Source: Escherichia coli (GTDB lineage Bacteria > Pseudomonadota > Gammaproteobacteria > Enterobacterales > Enterobacteriaceae). From it: a DNA stretch of 44,355 nt. Positions within the stretch are counted from its first letter, which is position 1, and every line of letters begins with the position of its first letter. Positions 38,620-44,355 of the stretch are shown in pieces. A program made the translations under genes and the position numbers. The DNA lies in the NCBI RefSeq assembly GCF_044324785.1, contig NZ_CP172130.1; one strand, written 5' to 3'. Below the pieces are notes generated by a model, which was given only the letters and a program-made list of their open reading frames with translations, searched no databases and was not told the origin of the DNA.

Positions 38620-39792
38620 TTATAAGCCCAAAAACTTAATCCCTGTTTTCAGCTTCTGTTCTGACTGTAACGTGGATGCTTTCTGCTGCGTAAACTGCGC
38701 CATTCGCTGTTGTTGCTTCAACAGCATATCAGGGCTGTTCAGTACCAGCTCTTTGCTGGCTGAAGGTGTTCTGTCTACGCCCTTAACCCCCAGATTTTCT
38801 AACTGCCACTCATTTCTGTGAACCGTTTTCCAGCCATGCTGAACACCATTTTTATCGAGCGCCGGGATTTTTACTTCTTTCTGACCAAGTTTCTTCAGTC
38901 TGACAAGATCACCTGCTTTAACGCTTTCCCGCGAACATAAGTCCCCAAAATCAGCCCCCCAGTATGTTTTCTCAACCCCCTTGTTAAGAGTCTTTAGCTT
39001 TATAAAATGTTGCTTAGACTTTGTTTTATCGTTCTGATAATGGTCATAGCCAATATCAACAACCTCATAAACACCTTTCTGTCTTTTTGGTGCTGTATTA
39101 TGTGCATCTTTAACAGACTGATTAAGTCCATGCTGTTGCTTATGGGTCGCTTTAACGTCATAACCTTTTAACTTCAACTCTTCACAAAAACCTGTACGAA
39201 TTTCCCGTAAATCTTTTTTCCTGATATCAGCGCGTTTACCGTCATTATCTCGGATACGAAAAACAACATGAACGTGAGGATGTTCTTTCTTATCACAGTG
39301 GTATCCAAGAACAAAACGGTGATTAGGATATTTTTTCTGCATCGTTTTCCTGACAGACTCCAGCAAATCTTCAGGCTTTACTTTCGCTGAAACTGGAGGC
39401 GAGAAGACAATATTCTGTGTGATTTTTTTATTTTCTTTACCTTTATCATTCATCACATGCTGAGGATCATTAGCACGATCTATCATGTGCTCTTTAGCTT
39501 CCAGAATTTCGTCACCCGTCCATACCCGACCGCTTTCACTCATCACTGGTAGCTCTGACTCACGGCTCATATAATCAATACTGTTCCGAATCCCCTGACG
39601 AGTAATAGCACCTCCAGATATTTTGACAACAACCTCCTTACTGGCACCCTTGCGGTTGATACGTTCCTGAACATTGCGGCTATAGTTCTTTCCACCATTT
39701 TTGACTTTGTGAGCGAAAGCTGACTTACGACCATTTTCTGATGACTTTCGTTTAACACGATATTCTTTATCAACGTAAACGCCCATAATCAC
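38620..39792 (-). CDS. taxC: Conjugative relaxase (MOBP-type)
   Basis: 390 aa; histidine triad HPHVHVV and N-terminal catalytic region; adjacent to taxA and the oriT-like repeat. Confidence 0.8.
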   Translation of the reverse strand: MIMGVYVDKEYRVKRKSSENGRKSAFAHKVKNGGKNYSRNVQERINRKGASKEVVVKISGGAITRQGIRNSIDYMSRESELPVMSESGRVWTGDEILEAKEHMIDRANDPQHVMNDKGKENKKITQNIVFSPPVSAKVKPEDLLESVRKTMQKKYPNHRFVLGYHCDKKEHPHVHVVFRIRDNDGKRADIRKKDLREIRTGFCEELKLKGYDVKATHKQQHGLNQSVKDAHNTAPKRQKGVYEVVDIGYDHYQNDKTKSKQHFIKLKTLNKGVEKTYWGADFGDLCSRESVKAGDLVRLKKLGQKEVKIPALDKNGVQHGWKTVHRNEWQLENLGVKGVDRTPSASKELVLNSPDMLLKQQQRMAQFTQQKASTLQSEQKLKTGIKFLGL

Positions 39793-40334
39793 ATCTCCAC
39801 TTTATTTGAAACAGTTCTCCCTTTACATAACATAATGTAATTCTCAAACTGATTCTTAAGATTAAAAATTTCTGTTGTAAGACGCTCCGCATCCTGATAG
39901 AAACCATCTTTATCAAGAACCCTGGTCTGATCATTAACAATGATATAATGGAAATTACGACCGATCTTATCAATTGAATTACGGCAACGATTCATCATCA
40001 GCAGTTCCTGGTCAAAGAAATCCAGTTCATTTTCAAGTGTCGTCTGTATGCGGTAACGACATTCTCGTGATAACGTCCATCCGTGACGATTAGCAGCTCT
40101 TTCAATATCAGCCCTTTGTTTACCTGTTAAGTACATCGTTGTTTTGATAAAATCATTATTATCAAAAAACGTATTTATATCCTTACTGACAGCTTTACTT
40201 TTTAATAAAGCATTTGCTAAAAGTTTCATGCCTTTAGCTACTGTTAAAGCTGGTTCATCCGGATAAAGAGTTTTAAGGCAATCCAGCAAATCATCATGCT
40301 GATTTTCATCAATTCTGAATTGAACTTTTTTCAT
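39789..40334 (-). CDS. taxA: Relaxosome accessory protein
   Basis: 181 aa from the ATG preceded by GGAGAA; the 23-codon extension in the ORF track is the translated inverted repeat. Confidence 0.65.
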   Translation of the reverse strand: MKKVQFRIDENQHDDLLDCLKTLYPDEPALTVAKGMKLLANALLKSKAVSKDINTFFDNNDFIKTTMYLTGKQRADIERAANRHGWTLSRECRYRIQTTLENELDFFDQELLMMNRCRNSIDKIGRNFHYIIVNDQTRVLDKDGFYQDAERLTTEIFNLKNQFENYIMLCKGRTVSNKVEM

Positions 40335-40443
40335 AAAATTCTCCAACAAGAACCGACTGTAGGTCACCGGGCAAATGTTGCGGAATGGCGTCAGAGACGT
40401 CATTTTGCAGTGTTTGCCCTATCCTGCATCGCAGTGAATCTGG
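40331..40443. promoter_or_regulatory. oriT-like / alpha-origin-like element, copy B of the inverted repeat pair
   Basis: About 85% identical (inverted) to 1355..1468, including the GGGCAAAC...GTTTGCCC palindrome and the shared GGAGAATTTTATGAAA translation start. Confidence 0.5.
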
Positions 40444-40659
40444 CGCCGCTCATAAATTGTGCTTGAGCATCAACAAAAATGCAAAAAGGCTGATGTTGTC
40501 ATGGCTGAACATACGTACGTCTGCGACCGGAAACCCGATCAATGCGGTAAGGACAGTGCCGTCAGGTTCGCTCCGCGAACGGTCTGGCAGGAAGCGCAAG
40601 CGCAGTCCCGCGCAATATATCAGAAAGCACCTCCCGAAATACGGGAGGGCTTCGGCTAT

Positions 40660-40932
40660 TCAGCTAAGGTTGCTCTGTTCAGGTTGCTGAGTGTAGCCTT
40701 CCATGCCCTGACGGGCATCAAAAAGCCAGCGCCGGAAGTTACTCATTCTTTCAAGGTTAGCTTTGCTTGGTTTTTTGCCACGATTACCACTTAATATCCG
40801 CCAGACTCGTATTCCTGCTTTATTAGTCCAGTGCAGAACAATTTCTCCTTTGCTGTTAAAAGCAAGAGAAAAGCGTACAGCGCCTTGCCGCAATTCTCCA
40901 CTGACAAAGGACACAAAATCATGTTTTGTCAT
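40660..40932 (-). CDS. Hypothetical small protein (90 aa), presumed leading region
   Basis: Fourth of four tightly packed small ORFs downstream of a strong promoter. Confidence 0.45.
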   Translation of the reverse strand: MTKHDFVSFVSGELRQGAVRFSLAFNSKGEIVLHWTNKAGIRVWRILSGNRGKKPSKANLERMSNFRRWLFDARQGMEGYTQQPEQSNLS

Positions 40933-40944
40933 AAAGCCTCCGGT

Positions 40945-41142
40945 TTATTTATCTGTTCTCTTTTGTGTCTTTTTTTCCAGTGCTTTTCTGAGTAATGCCA
41001 TATACTCAGGAAAGACATGGAATGGCATCAAAGGGAAAACCGGACGCCCACCCTTTTCAACGTCATTTATTGCTGATAATATGCGTTCCGACATTTTATT
41101 CCTCGCAATAGAATCAGGTGTCACGGTATCAGGTTGCCCCAC
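40945..41142 (-). CDS. Hypothetical small protein (65 aa)
   Basis: Tightly packed small ORF in the same string. Confidence 0.4.
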   Translation of the reverse strand: MGQPDTVTPDSIARNKMSERILSAINDVEKGGRPVFPLMPFHVFPEYMALLRKALEKKTQKRTDK

Positions 41143-41163
41143 AACCTGATACCATCTTTATCT

Positions 41164-41343
41164 TTACTTTATTAACTTCTCAATTGCTTCTTTTTTTGCT
41201 TTCTCCTGTTCTGATGGTGGGTATGCAAGGTCATACCAGTTATCAATACAATGAATAACTCTTTCTTTAGATAATCCACATTGCTCAAACCAAAATTTTA
41301 TATTTCGGTTTAATGATGCTTTTGCGCTAAACTCTCTTTCCAT
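41164..41343 (-). CDS. Hypothetical small protein (59 aa)
   Basis: MEREFSAKASLNRNIKFWFEQCGLSKERVIHCIDNWYDLAYPPSEQEKAKKEAIEKLIK; found by manual translation (under the ORF-track cutoff). Confidence 0.35.
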   Translation of the reverse strand: MEREFSAKASLNRNIKFWFEQCGLSKERVIHCIDNWYDLAYPPSEQEKAKKEAIEKLIK

Positions 41344-41385
41344 TTTCAGACCTTTACTAAAAGGGGGAATATCCCCCCTGATTAA

Positions 41386-41715
41386 TTAGTAGTAAGAAGA
41401 AAATCGATGTTTTTCTTCCGGTAGAGTTTTATACGCAGTTTCAAAATCTTCGATTTTGATTGCCAGCTCATCACCAAAATCTTTTATCTGACGCTTAAAA
41501 CATTCACCAGTAAAATCATTTAAAACGGGAGTTTTAAAGCCGACCATTGAATCGGTATATTCTGAATTGGCGCGAATCTCGCGAACGGTGACGGTTTTTT
41601 TACCGTGAACAGAAAGAACCTGGTAGAAGGTTACATTGGTTTGCTCATAGCCCCATGATGATACAAAGATATCACCAACAGAGACAGTATCATTTTTAAA
41701 AGTTAATACTTTCAT
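41386..41715 (-). CDS. Hypothetical protein (109 aa), first gene behind duplicated promoter-operator-leader copy 1
   Basis: Start directly preceded by GGGAGCTAAA and a conserved leader hairpin. Confidence 0.5.
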   Translation of the reverse strand: MKVLTFKNDTVSVGDIFVSSWGYEQTNVTFYQVLSVHGKKTVTVREIRANSEYTDSMVGFKTPVLNDFTGECFKRQIKDFGDELAIKIEDFETAYKTLPEEKHRFSSYY

Positions 41716-41805
41716 TTTTAGCTCCCGCCCAGCTTGGGCTCTGGATGAAAGAGAACCTGTTTCCCTTTCCTGTGTTTTATTATACCTGCATTTGCAGGTA
41801 TGGCA
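41716..41805 (-). promoter_or_regulatory. Promoter-operator-leader cassette, copy 1 (TTGCCA-16 bp-TATAAT with ACCTGCAAATGCAGGT palindrome; leader hairpin GCCCAAGCTGGGC)
   Basis: About 90 bp, roughly 90% identical to 42627..42716. Confidence 0.6.
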
Positions 41806-41807
41806 AG

Positions 41808-42029
41808 TTATTTTTTTACCAGCCTGTAAGACGGATGCATATTTGCTAATAACAATAAATACTGATATTCACCAATAGATAAAGAACGACTGGCCTTACC
41901 TGCACTTTCTTTCATCTGCCAGGAATTCAGTTGATAACCAAAAATATCAGCAGCTTCTTTAAGAGTAAGACCTGCCGCAACCCGCGCATTCTTTACTTCT
42001 TCAGGTGTAGGTTTATTCTGCATTTTCAT
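41808..42029 (-). CDS. Small HTH (XRE-like) DNA-binding protein (73 aa)
   Basis: Helix-turn-helix signature ...AAGLTLKEAADIFGY...; overlaps the upstream 81/85-aa ORF by 17 nt. Confidence 0.55.
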   Translation of the reverse strand: MKMQNKPTPEEVKNARVAAGLTLKEAADIFGYQLNSWQMKESAGKASRSLSIGEYQYLLLLANMHPSYRLVKK

Positions 42030-42270
42030 CCCCTTTTGTCAGACAATCACACAAAACCCCATTATCCAGAAGCATCAATGATGCCAGGTTGAGTTTTTCG
42101 TCCATTATCAATTTTCTTACTGTTTTCCTGCTTTTAGTTTTATCAATCGTCTTAACATATTTTAAGACGTGAAAAACCGTATCCCCATCTTCATCCATCG
42201 TTCTGATTACATAGGAGTAATTACCTCTGTTTTTCTTAATTATCTTATCTTTATCCATATTATTCCTCAT
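42013..42270 (-). CDS. Hypothetical small protein (81-85 aa) translationally coupled to the HTH gene
   Basis: Probable start at 42258 (GAGGAA then ATG, MDKDK...). Confidence 0.45.
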   Translation of the reverse strand: MRNNMDKDKIIKKNRGNYSYVIRTMDEDGDTVFHVLKYVKTIDKTKSRKTVRKLIMDEKLNLASLMLLDNGVLCDCLTKGDENAE

Positions 42271-42271
42271 A

Positions 42272-42300
42272 ACTAAAAAAGGGGCTTAATGCCCCTTTTT
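42272..42300 (-). terminator. Intrinsic terminator hairpin, plausibly bidirectional
   Basis: AAAAAGGGGCATTAAGCCCCTTTTTT. Confidence 0.6.
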
Positions 42301-42302
42301 AT

Positions 42303-42626
42303 CTATAACACGGTATGTAACCCTGTTTCCTGTGTAAATAAACGCGCTAACTGATCACAATAGATATTATCGAATCTTGAAATATCTTTAACTTCAGCAC
42401 CACGTACACGAGAAAATTTCACCTGGTACGTATCAGTAAAATCCAGTTTAATTTTTACTAAGTTGATGCCTTTCATTGCAAAATTTGACGGCAAACGGAA
42501 AGTTAACCCACACTCACCGTTTTCATCAAAGTAAGAAAAACTTTTAGCACCAGTCATAACAATAAAACGATTACCACCAAGTTGACGTAAAATCTCTGTG
42601 GCTACAGATTTAGCGTAGTTTTGCAT
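42303..42626 (-). CDS. Hypothetical protein (107 aa) behind promoter-operator-leader copy 2
   Basis: Start preceded by GGGAGGTTAAA and the conserved leader hairpin. Confidence 0.5.
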   Translation of the reverse strand: MQNYAKSVATEILRQLGGNRFIVMTGAKSFSYFDENGECGLTFRLPSNFAMKGINLVKIKLDFTDTYQVKFSRVRGAEVKDISRFDNIYCDQLARLFTQETGLHTVL

Positions 42627-42716
42627 TTTTAACCTCCCGCCCACTTTGGGCTCTGGATGAAAGAGAACCTGTTTCCCTTTCTTGTGTTTTATTATACCTG
42701 CATTTGCAGGTATTGC
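42627..42716 (-). promoter_or_regulatory. Promoter-operator-leader cassette, copy 2 (TTGCAA-16 bp-TATAAT with the same palindrome and leader hairpin)
   Basis: Direct repeat of 41716..41805. Confidence 0.6.
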
Positions 42717-42771
42717 AAATTTTTAATGCTCTCGCTCTGACTGTAAACAGTCAATCATTTGATGATTAATC

Positions 42772-43053
42772 TTAGCGCAAATCTGCGATCTGATAGACTT
42801 CGCTGCTTTCCCTTCTTCCAACGGCAATAACGAGTAAAACGACTTTCTCATCAATGACTTGGTATACAAGTCTGTAGCCAGATGCACGAAGTTTGATTTT
42901 ATAGCGATCAGCATGACCATGTAACCGGGCTGCGGGTACGCGTGGATTTTCCAGCCGTTCTGCCAGTTTCTTTTTGAATTGTTCACGGATGGTGTGGCCG
43001 AGTTTCTGCCATTCCTTCAGTGCTCTACGGTCAAAAGCCAGTTCATAGGTCAT
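42772..43053 (-). CDS. stbE: RelE/ParE-family toxin of a type II toxin-antitoxin pair
   Basis: 93 aa; RelE-like sequence (…YKIKLRASGYRLVYQVIDEKVVLLVIAVGRRE…); 11-nt overlap with the upstream antitoxin gene. Confidence 0.8.
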   Translation of the reverse strand: MTYELAFDRRALKEWQKLGHTIREQFKKKLAERLENPRVPAARLHGHADRYKIKLRASGYRLVYQVIDEKVVLLVIAVGRRESSEVYQIADLR

Positions 43054-43294
43054 CCAGGTTAACCTTCACAATTTCCGGGTTTTTCATGCGCTCATCAGCA
43101 ACAGCGTTTAACTCAGCATCTTCAGCGAGTTCCCGATAGTAGGCGTAAAGTTTTGGTGGAACGCAATAGAACGCCGGTTCGTTTCGGTTCAGGATCGCAA
43201 CAGCGTCCCCTTCACCTTCAGCTACGGTTCCCATAGGATTTTTTTTCAGGTCAGTAATACTGGCCGCTGTGGTTGTCAGAATTTGATAGCTCAT
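43043..43294 (-). CDS. stbD: RelB/Phd/YefM-type antitoxin
   Basis: 83-aa acidic protein immediately upstream of and overlapping the RelE-like gene. Confidence 0.75.
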   Translation of the reverse strand: MSYQILTTTAASITDLKKNPMGTVAEGEGDAVAILNRNEPAFYCVPPKLYAYYRELAEDAELNAVADERMKNPEIVKVNLDDL

Positions 43295-43767
43295 AAGCCC
43301 TCCGCTTGTCTCATTGGCATAATAGCATCTTTAAAAGCACTCTTAAAAGTGCTTATGTTGAGAAAAACATCAGAACAGGTGAGATATGGCTCTTTCCGAC
43401 ATCGCCTTAAAACGCTCTGTAACGCGTTCTGAGCGTTTTTTCCCGTTTCGTTGTAGTCAGCTACGGTTTAACGGTTTTTAACGCCGCTCAACGCTTTTTA
43501 GCGGCCTTGTTGCTGTGATCTGTTGCCATGATCCGGATAGGAGTTCAATCTTGATCAAAATTTCCTCAAGGCAACGACTGTTTTGTAAATACCCTCTAAA
43601 ACGCGCTGTATCGCATTCTGAGCGATTTTTTCGATTTCGCATGTTTTCACCATGGTTGTATCGAACGAAGCGGCAGAAAGCGATTCAGGGCTTCTCAGTG
43701 AAAGATCCAAAAAGGATCAATCAACGGATCGTATGAGCTGAACTCTTCTGGTTTTGAGAAAGGAGAC

Positions 43768-43825
43768 ACCGCTCGCCGCAGCCGAACGACCGAGCGTAGC
43801 GAGTTAGTGAGCGAGGAAGCGGAAT
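43768..43825 (+). other. Segment resembling the ColE1/pMB1 region CCGCTCGCCGCAGCCGAACGACCGAGCGCAGCGAGTCAGTGAGCGAGGAAGCGGAAG (possible single-strand initiation / primosome assembly site)
   Basis: Recognised from memory of pBR322/pUC sequence, with a few mismatches. Confidence 0.4.
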
Positions 43826-43936
43826 AGCACAGGGATTACATTAGGCACTTACGCACAGTGGTTAAAAAATGAGCATATTGTTTTTATGTGTGGTTGTCTT
43901 GGTTCAGAGTGATCTGTCCTCCGGGTTTACGCAAAG

Positions 43937-43945
43937 TTATCCACA
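43937..43945 (+). promoter_or_regulatory. Consensus DnaA box TTATCCACA flanking the iteron origin
   Basis: Perfect 9-mer; a second near-match CATCCACAG lies at 44178..44186 directly after the last iteron. Confidence 0.5.
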
Positions 43946-44045
43946 GGCGCTGTGCATTTAAAAAACTTATCTTTTCTTCTTGATCTTAAAAACTTAAAAA
44001 CTTAGAGCGTCGTAACATTATGATAAATATAATAAAAAAACGCTA

Positions 44046-44177
44046 AACATGAGAGGATTTTTAACGTAAGGTGAGAGGATCTTTAACATAAGGTGAGAAG
44101 ATTTTTAAGTAAGGGTGAGAAGATTTTTCACTAAAGATGAGAGGATTTTTAACGAAAGGTGAGAGGATTTTTAAGTA
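44046..44177 (+). repeat. Six tandem 22-bp iterons of a gamma-type (pi-dependent) replication origin
   Basis: AACATGAGAGGATTTTTAACGT / AAGGTGAGAGGATCTTTAACAT / AAGGTGAGAAGATTTTTAAGTA / AGGGTGAGAAGATTTTTCACTA / AAGATGAGAGGATTTTTAACGA / AAGGTGAGAGGATTTTTAAGTA; AT-rich flanks. Confidence 0.85.
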
Positions 44178-44260
44178 CATCCACAGGCTAAAAAAATATC
44201 ATGTAAAACATGATGTTATGAATTCATTTTGATGTGAATACATAAAGATCTTTATATCTA

Positions 44261-44316
44261 AAGGTGATAAGTTTTTTAACTAAAGGTTGTAATGTGTTGT
44301 TGTCATACAACCTTTA
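44261..44316 (+). promoter_or_regulatory. pir promoter/operator: iteron-like box AAGGTGATAAGTTTTTTAACTA plus 10-bp inverted repeat AAAGGTTGTA-N14-TACAACCTTT
   Basis: Lies just upstream of the pir ATG across the circular junction. Confidence 0.6.
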
Positions 44317-44355
44317 TAGGGTTATCATTTAGCCAAGTGATACGACTTATCTATA

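Noticed and set aside
42723-42986. 87-aa minus-strand ORF
   Set aside because: Overlaps stbE in a different frame; the stbDE pair fully explains the region.
44046-44177. Possible CRISPR array (tandem 22-bp repeats)
   Set aside because: The repeats are directly adjacent with no spacers, are degenerate, and sit next to pir with DnaA boxes, so they are replication iterons.

Overview
The window reads as an almost complete ~44 kb IncX-type (R6K-like) conjugative plasmid, linearised at pir so that its two ends are contiguous on the circle. All calls rest on reading the translated ORFs and the DNA by eye; no database search or computation was run. Backbone: pir with 22-bp iterons and a pir operator at the far end of the window, a bis-like gene, a parA/RHH partition operon with heptamer repeats, a serine resolvase, hns-hha-topB, a full VirB/VirD4-type pilX1-11/taxB transfer operon with actX, taxC and taxA, and stbDE. 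Cargo: a Tn3-family transposon (7312..18004, 5-bp TATAC duplication) carrying tnpR and a blaTEM allele with ESBL-type substitutions matching TEM-52. Its tnpA is split by a 5.7-kb IS26-bounded segment (three direct IS26 copies, 8-bp AAATATCG duplication) that holds a truncated class 1 integron with aadA2 and lnu(F). The most novel candidate is an apparent type I toxin-antitoxin locus bisected by the Tn3 insertion: a 31-aa hydrophobic peptide gene on one side and a divergent ~90-nt sRNA on the other. Other leads are duplicated promoter-operator-leader cassettes driving small ORFs in the presumed leading region, paired inverted oriT-like repeats, and three uncharacterised AT-rich gene modules.
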